Source: Cyanophora paradoxa CCMP329 (lineage: Eukaryota > Plantae > Glaucophyta). From it: a stretch of 48,161 nucleotides of DNA. Both the position numbers and the translations under genes were made by a program. How positions within the stretch are numbered: the first letter of the stretch is position 1; the number at the start of each line of letters is the position of its first letter. The notes under the pieces were generated by a model that was not told where the DNA came from, made no database searches, and saw nothing but the letters and a program-made list of their open reading frames with translations. Location of the stretch: positions 1-48,161 of the forward strand of contig QPMI01000320.1 of assembly GCA_004431415.1 (NCBI GenBank), in the 5' to 3' direction. Shown in pieces: positions 11,364 to 22,604 of the stretch.

Positions 11364-13468
11364 GGTTGGGGGGCGGCCGGGGGGCAGGGGGCGGGCTCAC
11401 TGCGGCCGGGAATTCGATGTCAGGATTAAAGCGACGGCGACGGCGCGCGGGGCCCGCCGCTAGCGCGCCCGAGGGGCCGAGCCTCGGGGGGGACCCGGCC
11501 GGCAGCGCCCAAGGGGGTACCTGTTTGCGGGGCGGCCGGGGGCAGGGGCGGGCTCACTGCGGCCGGGAATTCGATGTCAGGATTAAAGCGACGGCGACGG
11601 CGCGCGGGGCCCGCCGCTCGCGCGCCCGAGGGGCCGAGCCTCGGGGGGGACCCCGGCCGGCAGCGCCCAAGGGGGGTACCTGGTTGCGGGGCGGCCGGGG
11701 GGCAGGGGGCGGGCTCACTGCGGCCGGGAATTCGATGTCAGGATTAAAGCGACGGCGACGGCGCGCGGGGCCCGCCGCTAGCGCGCCCGAGGGGCCGAGC
11801 CTAGGGGGGGACCCCGGCCGGCAGCGCCCAAGGGGGTACCTGGTTGCGGGGCGGCCGGGGGGCAGGGGGCGGGCTCACTGCGGCCGGGAATTCGATGTCA
11901 GGATTAAAGCGACGGCGACGGCGCGCGGGGCCCGCCGCTAGCGCGCCCGAGGGGCCGAGCCTCGGGGGGGACCCCGGCCGGCAGCGCCCAAGGGGGGTAC
12001 CTGGTTGGGGGGCGGCCGGGGGGCAGGGGGCGGGCTCACTGCGGCCGGGAATTCGATGTCAGGATTAAAGCGACGGCGACGGCGCGCGGGGCCCGCCGCT
12101 AGCGCGCCCGAGGGGCCGAGCCTCGGGGGGGACCCCGGCCGGCAGCGCCCAAGGGGGGTACCTGGTTGGGGGGCGGCCGGGGGGCAGGGGGCGGGCTCAC
12201 TGCGGCCGGGAATTCGATGTCAGGATTAAAGCGACGGCGACGGCGCGCGGGGCCCGCCGCTAGCGCGCCCGAGGGGCCGAGCCTGGGGGGGACCCCGGCC
12301 GGCAGCGCCCAAGGGGGGTACCTGGTTGGGGGGCGGCCGGGGGGCAGGGGGCGGGCTCACTGCGGCCGGGAATTCGATGTCAGGATTAAAGCGACGGCGA
12401 CGGCGCGCGGGGCCCGCCGCTAGCGCGCCCGAGGGGCCGAGCCTCGGGGGGGACCCCGGCCGGCAGCGCCCAAGGGGGGTACCTGGTTGCGGGGCGGCCG
12501 GGGGGCAGGGGGCGGGCTCACTGCGGCCGGGAATTCGATGTCAGGATTAAAGCGACGGCGACGGCGCGCGGGGCCCGCCGCTAGCGCGCCCGAGGGGCCG
12601 AGCCTCGGGGGGACCCCGGCCGGCAGCGCCCAAGGGGGTACCTGGTTGGGGGGCGGCCGGGGGCAGGGGCGGGCTCACTGCGGCCGGGAATTCGATGTCA
12701 GGATTAAAGCGACGGCGACGGCGCGCGGGGCCCGCCGCTAGCGCGCCCGAGGGGCCGAGCCTAGGGGGGACCCCGGCCGGCAGCGCCCAAGGGGGGTACC
12801 TGGTTGCGGGGCGGCCGGGGGGCAGGGGGCGGGCTCACTGCGGCCGGGAATTCGATGTCAGGATTAAAGCGACGGCGACGGCGCGCGGGGCCCGCCGCTA
12901 GCGCGCCCGAGGGGCCGAGCCTAGGGGGGGACCCCGGCCGGCAGCGCCCAAGGGGGGTACCTGGTTGCGGGGCGGCCGGGGGGCAGGGGGCGGGCTCACT
13001 GCGGCCGGGAATTCGATGTCAGGATTAAAGCGACGGCGACGGCGCGCGGGGCCCGCCGCTAGCGCGCCCGAGGGGCCGAGCCTCGGGGGGGACCCCGGCC
13101 GGCAGCGCCCAAGGGGGGTACCTGGTTGGGGGCGGCCGGGGGGCAGGGGGCGGGCTCACTGCGGCCGGGAATTCGATGTCAGGATTAAAGCGACGGCGAC
13201 GGCGCGCGGGGCCCGCCGCTAGCGCGCCCGAGGGGCCGAGCCTAGGGGGGACCCCGGCCGGCAGCGCCCAAGGGGGGTACCTGGTTGCGGGGCGGCCGGG
13301 GGGCAGGGGGCGGGCTCACTGCGGCCGGGAATTCGATGTCAGGATTAAAGCGACGGCGACGGCGCGCGGGGCCCGCCGCTAGCGCGCCCGAGGGGCCGAG
13401 CCTCGGGGGGGACCCCGGCCGGCAGCGCCCAAGGGGGGTACCTGGTTGCGGGGCGGCCGGGGGGCAGG
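11364..13468 (-). repeat. Tandem array B, ~160-bp unit, ~13 copies
   Basis: 13 occurrences of GAATTCGATGTCAGGATTAAAG spaced ~160 bp apart. The reverse complement is related to array A. Confidence 0.97.
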
Positions 13469-14651
13469 GAGAGGGGGGCGGGCCCGCTGAGGATGGGTTT
13501 TTAAGAGAAGGAAGCAAGGAAAGTATGCAATTAGTACCGGCATGCGCTTTTGTTCGCCGGTTGATCGCGTTGCGCCGTGAAAAGGCTCGCTTCTCTGTTC
13601 AGCTGCTGTGTGGCCAATTGGCCACACGCCACAGAGAGCGATTGGATTAGCGCTGAGAGCAAGTTAGGCAGTTTATGTAGCTTCAAAGTAAGGCGACTCA
13701 CAGTGTTAGATGAGCTGCTAAGTGTCCGGCTCTCGGTTGCAAGTTGCAGTTGCAGCTGCGCGATATGCATATGCTGCGCATGCTGTGTGGTCAAATGACC
13801 ACGCGTACGTGCACACGCGAGCGAGAGGGCGGCAAATGCGCGCGTGTAGCTAATATAGATTCCTTATGCTGTATACTTGTTCTAGCTCTATAGTGCGCTT
13901 GCCGCTCCGCGTCCTATAGCTGCTAATCATAACGAGCTCGCGATTTTCAAGCAGAGCTGCTCACGATCACATGCGTGCGGGCGGCCGCACAGCTGCTCAC
14001 GTGCGGTGCTAGCGCTGCGCCTGCAGAGTCCGGCGGTCTGCGGGCGCAGAGTGACGTCGTGCTTGCTTGCTGCAATGCGTACCCCCCTTGCTGGCCGCCT
14101 GTCGACGTCGTCACTCTAAGCGGCGGGCTAACTAGCTGAAACGTTGCTTTTTGGCCTGCGCCTCATGTCGCAGCTGCTTGCGGCGCCCAGAACTGCGTGC
14201 TAGCGCTTGTGCGTGGTTGCAAGGTCGACCATACGGAGCCCAGTTCATAGACGCCGCCTGGCTGCAAAGATATCGGGTCTAGTCGTGTAATGCTCCATGC
14301 TTTTGCACAAACGAAGCCCCTCAGACGCCGCGAACTCCTTTTTTAAAATCATACAGTTCTGGGACATCTGGAAAAGAGGGTTTCCGGCCTGTCATACCCC
14401 TGATAGCCGGGTAACAGGGGTCCTACAGGCCGGAAACTCTTCAGACTGTATGTTCCAGATGTATATAGGTCCAGAAACAGGCTATGGCCGTAGACGAGGC
14501 GCGTTCTGAGCGCGTTTATTTGACCATCTAGATGCGCAAGCACTGCACGCAAAGGCTGGGCGGTCGCTGCGCACCTCATTCGAGCAGTGCGCCAGGCTGT
14601 CATATATGCGGGGGAGGGTACACGCGCACGTGGAGCATCGCGCAGCGCGAG

Positions 14652-15649
14652 ATGACGTCGAACGCGGGCGGGAACGAGAGCGTTAGCGATGGTCTCGTGC
14701 GCGTAAAGGTTGGCGAAGAGATCAGGAGTATCCGCTCGTCGAAACTGAAGGAGCAGCTACCCGACATCGTAGAAGCGGTGCTCCAGATGCAGCTGTGGAT
14801 GCAGACAGCGATCTTCGAAGAAGTCGACGAGCGCGCGAATTCGAGAGAGACATTCTCGCTGAAGCGCATGCCTGATTTCAAGTGGAAGACTGGCACAAAT
14901 GAGAGCCCGAGCAAAATCTACTACGCCATCGTCAGCTGCGGAAGTGCGACGCGTTTTCGATGCTTTTCGATCAATCGCGAACGCAGTCTGAAGCGCGAGC
15001 GCAGAGCCGGAGCAGGGGAGCGCGTCGCAGACAGCTGCTGGCGGGGCGAATGCACATGCCTCGCCGCCGCCTTCAGCTGCGGCCGCGGCCGCTGCAGCTG
15101 GCCATGGGGCATCCGGCGTTACGCCCGAACTTCTGGACATGCTCAAGAACTTGCACACTCCCGCCGGGTCAGGCAAGTTGCACCAAGTGACTGCCGAAAG
15201 CTTAAGCGCTGCTTTAGATCTGATGTGTGCGCACGCCAGGTGGAACTGGCGTGAACTACGGGATGGGGGCGATCCTCAATCGGATCAACGCGTCGAGGGA
15301 CCCGGGCGCCCCGATGACGATGGAGCAGCTGCGGGAGCTGGCGGCCAGCCTAGGTGGCGGTGGGGGGGGCTCGAGCCCGTCCAACACCAACCCCTTCACC
15401 GAGGTGCTGAACGTGTGTGCTACGCCACGCTTGCAGTAACGCGGGCCCCCTCCATCGCAGGCCCCTGCGCGGGGAACTACGGTCCCCCCTGCCCCAATGT
15501 CCCAGAGGGGAGGCACCCAGTCGAAATCAGACAGCTTCGGCAGCGGAGCCCATGTAAGGAACGTCTCGTGGAGTTTCATGAATGCAAATGGTATCGCACG
15601 AATCGATCCACTCTCGATGAAGCTCTCTCCACCTATCCAGGGTGCGTAA
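14652..15649 (+). CDS. Second gene of the element, unknown function (spliced, ~220 aa)
   Basis: MTSNAGG...VRVKVGEEIRSIRSSKLKEQLPDIVEAV...KIYYAI|TAAGGA...LLDMLKNLHTPAGS|GGTGVNYGMGAILNRIN...NPFTE|APARG...GAH|GA*. The introns are phase-compatible and one has a GC donor. Confidence 0.5.
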
Positions 15650-15999
15650 AGTCGAACTCTTGAGCTACTCACTCGAAATTAAACGATCGCAGTTTCGACA
15701 GTAGACAACGAGTCCCTGGTCTACGGGCCGCAATTTACGGGCACGATTGCAAACACGATCGGTATCCTGTTCTCAAGACATCGAGAGACAAGCTCGAAGC
15801 CTCTGCAGCCTGGAGAACCGTCGTACCCAGGTGCAGGACATGCAAGCGAAGATCATGCATCAAGCGATTGCATGTTAATCGAAGCTCCAGATTTCTTGCT
15901 GGAAGGTGGCGTCCTTGCAACTCTAGTTGTCGGCTGGATCGAGCGCAAGAAAATCGACAACAAGCATCATTCGTACGTCGACTTTTTCGAACCGGTGCG

Positions 16000-16160
16000 T
16001 CTCAACGCATAAATGCAATTGTGCAACACATGAGCACCAACGCTTGCGCAACGCTTGCGTTGCAATTGTGTAACACATGAGCGACAACGCTTGCGTAACG
16101 CTTGCGTTGAACTTGCGTAACGCTAGCGTTGACACTTGCGTAACGCTCGCGTAGAACGCG
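16000..16160 (+). repeat. Degenerate 11-bp minisatellite (AACGCTTGCGT-like)
   Basis: Repeated caacgcttgcg/taacgcttgcg units. Confidence 0.75.
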
Positions 16161-16539
16161 ACGCTGCGGGAGCTCCGCCAAATAGCGTTTGAGAATGAGG
16201 TGGGCAAGGGCCAGCAGCAGGTGCGCAATAGCGTTTGAGAATGAGGTGGTCTGCATGGGGATCAAAAATTGCTGCGAAACAGAAAACGATTATCAGGGGA
16301 TCAAAAATTGCTGCTGCTGCTGTGTAATGAACTATTACTCCTTCGGTGTACTTACGTATAGGCTCCCAGTGTTCGCGCCGGGCGGTCCGCACCGTGGCAC
16401 CCTCGAGTGTCGCCTCGGCCCCGCGCTTGGCCGCCTCCGCCGGTCTTGCGAGCTGGCCAGCTCTTGCAAGCGCATCAGCGGCAAACCGAGCGCTCGAATT
16501 GCGAATAACAATTGCGCTCGGCACCCGGCCAGCAGACTA

Positions 16540-17085
16540 GTTCGCGTGCTGCGCACGACGTGCGCCCCGCGTTGCGCCGCCGCCTGCAGCTGCGTCCCCG
16601 CCGCCTGCCACCCGGCCAGCAGTCCAGCTCGGTTGCTGGGCACGGCGCGCCGCTGCACACCGCTTGCCGCGCGTGCTAGTCCGCTTAGCCGCCCGCTGTA
16701 CACGTGCGCCAGCGGGCCCGCCACCGCCTGGCCCCGCCCCCAGTCGCCCCAGCCCCGCCCCCAGGGCGCGGCGGCGCGGGGCGGGAGGGCGCACGGGCTT
16801 CTTCTTCGTGGCGGGGGTCGTGTCGATGGCGTCGGGGGCCGTCCACGGCCGCCCAGTCGTCCCCGTCGCCAACGCCGTCCCTGCCCCGCCCGCCCGCCCG
16901 CGTGAGGGGCGAGGGCGGGGCGAGGGGGCGGCCGGGCTGCCGGGCACCCTCGGGGCTCGGCGAGGGGAGGGCGCGCGGGGACTCCGGCTCGGGGCTGATG
17001 CCGTGCTCCTGGGGCGCGGGGAGGCGGGCCGGGGTCAGGGCGCCCTGGGAAGGGCGGCGCGAGGGCGGGGGGCGGCGGGGCGCAC
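16540..17085 (-). pseudogene. Captured host-type gene fragment with three introns
   Basis: Minus-strand GT-AG introns at 16728-16794, 16881-16947 and 17009-17085 have host-like C-rich 5' ends. GC content is far higher than in the flanks. Confidence 0.55.
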
Positions 17086-17088
17086 GGT

Positions 17089-17349
17089 GTGGACGAGGTG
17101 GATATCGAAATTCAAGACCTTGTCTACCAGATGCGCGGCGGGAGCGAGCAGCGCGCCAGCCGCATGGCTCTGCGGGCGCTCGAGGCGGCCGGCCGCCTCA
17201 CCATGCTCTCGCAGGACGGCTCTCTTCAGGACCGGCGCCGCTGGCTGCCGCTCACCCCCATGGCCGACTTCCGCCCCGACCCCCTTCAGAAGGCCTGGAT
17301 CGCCTATGTTTACGGCGAGCCCTCTGCAGACAGCACCATCATCTTTTAG
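17089..17349 (+). pseudogene. 5'-truncated coding fragment (DEVDIEIQDLVYQ...WIAYVYGEPSADSTIIF*)
   Basis: GC3-rich codons, a stop at 17349 and an AT-rich 3'UTR-like tract after it. No credible start or acceptor upstream. Confidence 0.45.
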
Positions 17350-17654
17350 CCAGCTGTTCAGGGTTAGCGGTAGGCCGTGCGAACACAGTTGATGCGCAGC
17401 GTTTTTTCGCTCCAGAACAATCTTTCTTATATAATTATACAGTGCGCTGAATCTGGCCTTTCATTGAGCCTTTTCTTTATTCGGTTTGATCGCAGCGTCT
17501 GCTTAATGGGCCTTTTCTATTTTTTATAATCATATACACTCTGTGTCTATCTTTACACTTCAACCTGCCGCGCGCGCTGGGCCGGGGTCGATCTAAATCT
17601 GCCCCGTGCATGTTCGTGCCACTACGACTCTTTCATTAGATCCCGGTTCCCCCC

Positions 17655-18170
17655 TTGCACCCCCGGCGCGAGAATCGCGGCCGGGCCCCTAGTATATGCT
17701 TCGGGTGCACAACCACGTCGGGCAAAAGATCTGGTGCTACCAATTGTCCCTGCCAGTCTAATGGTCAGTATCCATATGTTATCTATCTTCAAATTAAAAT
17801 AGAATTGCGTTCTGATGCATGTGTTCCAGATCCAAAGAGCCCGGCTGCGAAAAAGAAGCAGCGGGCCAAGCAGAATTCGAACCCTGCCGAAGTCAATCGA
17901 CCTCCTGCAGCTGTACCACAGGGAAGCAGCGCGCAAGAAGAAGCAGCGCTCCCTCCTGCTCCTCCTCTCCCCATTGATATCGACAGCGTAGCTTCGTCAC
18001 CGATATCGATATCGTCTGGCACACCGCCTGCAGCTGCAGCTCAGCTCCCATCTCGGGAGAGAAGACAGTTAGAGACAACTCTGGTAGATCAAGAGCCCCC
18101 GACGGGGAAGCGCAGCTGCAGGCGCAAGGACACCGTGTCTGCGGACAAAGCCTTGAACTTAAAGAAGTAG
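17655..18170 (+). CDS. Possible Cys-cluster plus basic/low-complexity ORF fragment
   Basis: CFGCTTTSGKRSGATNCPC followed by AKKKQRAK and KRSCRRK basic patches. Gene structure unresolved. Confidence 0.3.
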   Translation: MHPRRENRGRAPSICFGCTTTSGKRSGATNCPCQSNGQYPYVIYLQIKIELRSDACVPDPKSPAAKKKQRAKQNSNPAEVNRPPAAVPQGSSAQEEAALPPAPPLPIDIDSVASSPISISSGTPPAAAAQLPSRERRQLETTLVDQEPPTGKRSCRRKDTVSADKALNLKK

Positions 18171-18719
18171 TTCTTCAGAAACGTAGATGTTTGTGTGCTT
18201 GTGGATGCATAAACAAGTGAGTGTGTTTGGAAGACCATCTCAGGCCTAGGACTGGACCAGTGCACGTCGAGATACTTGGCGGCACTGTCAGGGCACGGCG
18301 GGGCATGGAGGGGCATGGCTTGGGCACTAGCGGGGCATGGCGGGGCATGACTGGGGCACTAGGCGGCACCTGGCCGCAATTAAACTCGCCAACAAGCAAT
18401 GCCCAGTAAATGAGTGATGTATGAGGCATGTTTTAAGCCTTTATATGCAATATGCATGCTGTTAAAAATTGGTAATGAAGTCACCTACCGAGGTTAGGTT
18501 TCATGATGACAGTTTCGGGTGAGGTCTAGTTGTCAGGTTTGTGAGCTCGTCAGACGTTTCGGCGGCCTTTTCCGGGATAGATTAATTTGCGAGCCCCAAC
18601 CTTTTTATATATCCTGAAAGCTCTTTTTATTGTCGTTCTCATGATACCCTCTGACAGAATATAACTACTTTCTATCCAAAGATATTCAGTTTACAATGGA
18701 ACCTGCTGTGGGTGGCACA

Positions 18720-19150
18720 TGGCACCCTCGTCTTGCTCTGGCCATCCTCCTGGCGCCCAGCGCCCCCGGCTCATCTTATAGAATTTGAATCCCAGTGTAA
18801 TAATTGTTCTTTGGCAGTGCTTCGATTCAGGCTTGGGGCCCGCCCTGGGGTGAATCGAAAGGCCGCGGTTCCGTGGGCTCATCCCCTCAGGTGGCCCCCC
18901 CCGCTACCTTGAGGCGGACCTCGTGCCTCGCACCCGGCGACCCCAGCTCATCTTATAGATTATGGATCCTTGTTTGTAGCATAATGTTTCTCGACGGCCC
19001 GATTCAGGCGTGGGGCCCACCATGGGGTGACAGGCAGCGGTTCCGCAGGCCCAACCCCTCATGTGGCCCCCCTGATTACCTCGAGGCAGACCTCGTGCCT
19101 CGCACCCGGCGCACCCAACTTATCGCATAGATTCTAAATCCCTGTATAAC
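18720..19150. repeat. Degenerate ~175-bp tandem repeat, ~2.5 copies
   Basis: Recurring GCTCATCTTATAGA, CGATTCAGGC.TGGGGCCC, GTGGCCCCCC and CCTCGTGCCTCGCACCCGGCG at ~172-178 bp spacing. Confidence 0.8.
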
Positions 19151-19488
19151 AAATGTAAGCTTCCGCTTCCTTTCATTAAGCATGCGTTGAAACCTCCAAC
19201 CTAGCACACAACGCATCCGCAACGCATGCGTTACGCAATCCCAACGCATGTGTTGCGGATTGCGTAACACAAATGTATGTGCTCTAAGGACCATGGAAGG
19301 ACATCAGCAATGACCTTGGTCTGCGATTAGTATTATCTATGTGCCCAGGCATGTGCCCCACGTGCTGCCCCTGGTGTATATGCGCTTCCATGTCCAGATA
19401 TTTATCTTGTTGAATTCTACTAAGTACACTGCATTTCGAACTAGTGCATTACATCTGGATCTACCGGATCTACCAGAACTAAATTTAC

Positions 19489-21499
19489 TCATACATGAGA
19501 TTCTTCATGAGATGGGAACGATGCGTCGAAAAAAGCATCTCGAGTCGCCCTGGCCATGGATCGGGAATGGAACCAGTCAGAAACCGGATTTATTATACAA
19601 GCTGGAGAGACTGCGGCTATTCTCAATATTTATCGCACCTGAATTGCGGAGCAACAGGATCCCGAAGGCGGGGATCCGAGTCTGTCCCCACAATCTTGGA
19701 TCTCGGGTTCTTTTCGAAATGAAGCTCCAGCATCTCCTCGTACGATGGAAGACGGATAAGCAGAGGCCGAAGGCGGTTAAGACCTGGCCTTTCGAGCCTG
19801 CGAATTCCAAGTTTAGCCGGTTTTAAGCGCACCATAATTATACATATGCATTTCAATTACCATTTGTTGGGACGGCCCCTTTGACCCGTCTCCTTGCTCC
19901 CTGTGTTGACATGCTCGTTCCAGCTGACCCGCTCAAGCTCAAGCCCGAATTCGAGCAGGAAGATGGCCGCTTTCGACATGGAGAAGTACATCAGAGGGTC
20001 GTTCCTGCGCAGTGGCATGTGAGATTCTGAACACTATTTACATTGCAGATAATTTCGCAGCTCGATCCGCACATCCGGTACATGCCCATCTTGAAAAGCA
20101 TCTCTGCAGCTCGAGTGAGGTGCGCTGCAGCGTTCATGTTTGGTTGCCTGTCGTAACGCAATTGTCAGCGCAATTTTGCAACGCAAGTGCAACGCAAGTG
20201 TTACGCAATTGGCAACGCAAGTGCAACGCAAGTGCAACGCAAGTGTTGCTCAAGCGTTGTTGCAAGCGTTGGTCGTTGCGTTGCACAAGCGTTGCAGATT
20301 TCGTAGCGCCGTCTTAGGTTGCATTCTCATATATATATGTAATCTAAATCATTATAATTACCATAGCCATCTTCGTATTTTAAAACGTTTAATTTTCCAA
20401 GCGGGACTGCCGCCACGACCGCACCGCCAGTACCGCTCAGCGACGACGTTTCGGAAGGACTCCCCTTCCCACACGGGCTCCCTGTCGTAGTGTAGGTTGT
20501 ACTGGGCTCGCTGAGCAGAAAGGTCAATGGGCTGAATGATGCCGTGCTCAGCAACCCATGCTGGGTCGGCATTCAGTAGATCGAGAGCTGCATTTGTCTT
20601 CTCAATCACATATGCCTGTGAAAATTCAAGTAAGACTGCAGAAATGTGTGGGGGTGCGACCGTCGGACTGGACATGCGGCGCACGTGCGCGGTACGAAGA
20701 AGCCTGTTCTCGCACCCTGAATCGCAGCTGAGCTGTTCGGGGACCCCGTAATTGCGGAGTGCCGAACTGCAAGTGACCATGGGGCATCAATATTAATTTT
20801 AAGAGCAACAGTACTAGTTTGTAATGGCCATGGGGCGGTGGATGCGCACTAGTAGATCTCAAGCCCCTGCTTTGTAGAACGCGACTGGAAGACTCGAGTG
20901 GCCATGACGATGGAGGACGAGTTGTCGATGGCGTTCTCAATCCACACGCCCAGCCACGTCAGCATCTTCTCATTCTGTGCGAGCGCGTTCGCGCGACGTC
21001 AGTTCATGCTTCACATTCCGCGCGCACCGCGCCCACAGACGCTTGCCTGGTCGATTCCCATGCTCCATCCGACGTAGGGACCGAAGTAGGGGGCGCGCGG
21101 AATCACCCGCCGGCTCCGCTTGCCGAACTGCAGGAGGCGCTGGTCGCGCCCTTTTGGATCGACCTTCGCTAGAGCTTTTTTGATGCGCTTTTGTCCAGCA
21201 AAAAGCTTCCCGTGATTCGCTGCCCGCAGCGTCCCATACACAGATTTGCCGCAGTTGCCGCCGCGAAGCTCCGAGGCTGCGCGCACGTGCTTCTCCAATT
21301 CGGATTTCGAAACCCAATGCCAAGTTGACAAGCCTAACTGCCGCAGGTAGGAACGCAGTGTCGTCCGAGACAGCTTAATGGGCTGCTCCGGATCCGTTCG
21401 CAAAGCTATCAGCATCGCTGGAACGCGAAGCTTCTGAACATTTACGAGCTCGCGAAGTCGAGAAGCTAAATGCTCGTCCAGCCCGCTGGGGCGCACCAT
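19489..21499 (-). CDS. DDE (integrase-core, IS3/IS481-related, IS3EU-like) transposase, at least 8 exons
   Basis: Spliced product: HTH-like LSRTTLRSYLRQLGL, QKRIKKALAKVDPKG, PYFGPYVGWSMGIDQ|NEKM..GVWIENAIDNSS, YGVPEQLSCDSGCEN, GESFRNVVAERYWR, SWNEH, GRPNKW. Putative triad: D(GIDQ), D(CDSG), E(AERYW). The 3' end is approximate. Confidence 0.88.
20150..20295 (-). repeat. 11-bp minisatellite (GCAACGCAAGT) inside a transposase intron
   Basis: Repeated gcaacgcaagt units. The reverse complement resembles the 16000-16160 repeat. Confidence 0.8.
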
Positions 21500-21767
21500 G
21501 CTCTCGCAGCTAGAAGAGTGGGGGGTACGTACCGAACTGACGCGCACTCGTCCTGCTTCGCGCCTGCACTGGCATGCACTACGATGCGTATAGACCTTGC
21601 GCCGTCCCTGGGGCCGCACAGAATCGACGTGCGCCACCCCTGCGTGCAGTGCCGCCCGCCCCATGCTAGCTACATCTATATGCTGAACGCGACTTGCACG
21701 GCCGCGTCCCTGAGCGTGCGCTGCGGCCATTTCACATGCACTAGACCACATTCATCGCTTCTGAGGT

Positions 21768-21875
21768 GCCCCCGTCGCCCCGCTATGCGCAGACACAAGG
21801 CACATGCATATCATATACTTCTGGCGCTATAGAACTCTCTAGTTACCGGCCTGTCTACCCCCTCGCACCCGGCCG
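21768..21875 (-). repeat. Right inverted repeat of the element
   Basis: The reverse complement aligns without gaps to 8279-8386. It lies ~270 bp upstream of the transposase ATG. Confidence 0.85.
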
Positions 21876-22571
21876 TGATGGGCGATTCAAATGATTGTCC
21901 AAGAGCATCGTTGAGATGCCCCGCACGGCGAGCGCGAAGATGCCGCAGTGCAAAGATCTCCGATCAGTGTGCAGTGCGTTTCGCGCGGCCGCGCGCCACC
22001 GTGGCACCCCCGCCGGGCCTGCGCCTGAGGCCTGCAGCTGACCAAGTTGCTAGGCGCGTGCCGCAGTCCGACGGTCTGCGAGAAGAGCTATCCTCCGGGC
22101 GGGCGCGAGCTGCGACCAAAGCGGGAGCGTCACGATGAAGCGGGCGGGCGGCGATGCCCTCCGGAGCCTCGGAGGGCGAACTTCGGAAGGCGGAGGGCGG
22201 GGCGCGCGCGCTCCGCTTGAATACGGGAGGGCGGCAGACCGGTCGGCTGCCGCTGGCGCCAGGGCCTGTGCTTTGCAGGGGCGGGCGGGACTCGCTGCTC
22301 GCTCCACCCGCGCGCGCCTCGGCCCTCCGATCTGTGGACCACTTGCTGTGCATGCTCGCATGCTGCGGTGCGCTCTTGCTGAAGCTCTGAGCCACCGTGG
22401 GCACAGGCGCTGCATGTGGCGGCGCGGCTCGTGCGGCGGCGGGCGGCAGCTCGGTTTGCTTGATTGAGCGGGGGCGTGCAGCGGGAGGCTGCGCGGCTCG
22501 GTGGGCGGGGCGGAGCGCGGCGGGCAGCGGCGCGGCTCGGCGCGCCTCTGGCCGGGCGGGGGGGTGGGGGG

Positions 22572-22604
<33 letters not shown>

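Larger units (their letters stand above)
8279..21875 (-). mobile_element. ~13.6 kb IS3EU-like DDE DNA transposon with internal satellite arrays and cargo
   Basis: 108-bp inverted repeats at both ends (81/108 identical, ungapped) enclose a DDE transposase gene. No target-site duplication was recognised, so the outer ends are uncertain. Confidence 0.75.

Noticed and set aside
9040-13468. CRISPR-like array or repeat-encoded proteins
   Set aside because: Units are near-identical along their whole length with no unique spacers. The ORFs shift frame with homopolymer length, and no cas-like gene is present.
16181-16314. Mini-CRISPR from 23-bp (16181, 16227) and 19-bp (16257, 16296) direct repeats
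   Set aside because: Only two copies of each, non-palindromic and unrelated to each other. Local duplications explain them.
18290-18370. GGGGCATGG 10-bp minisatellite
   Set aside because: Short, degenerate and with no link to other features.
22574-22603. Poly-G tract (also ~4655-4692 and poly-C ~44090-44109) as a functional G-quadruplex
   Set aside because: Homopolymer lengths are unreliable and G-runs are ubiquitous here. Nothing specific supports a function.
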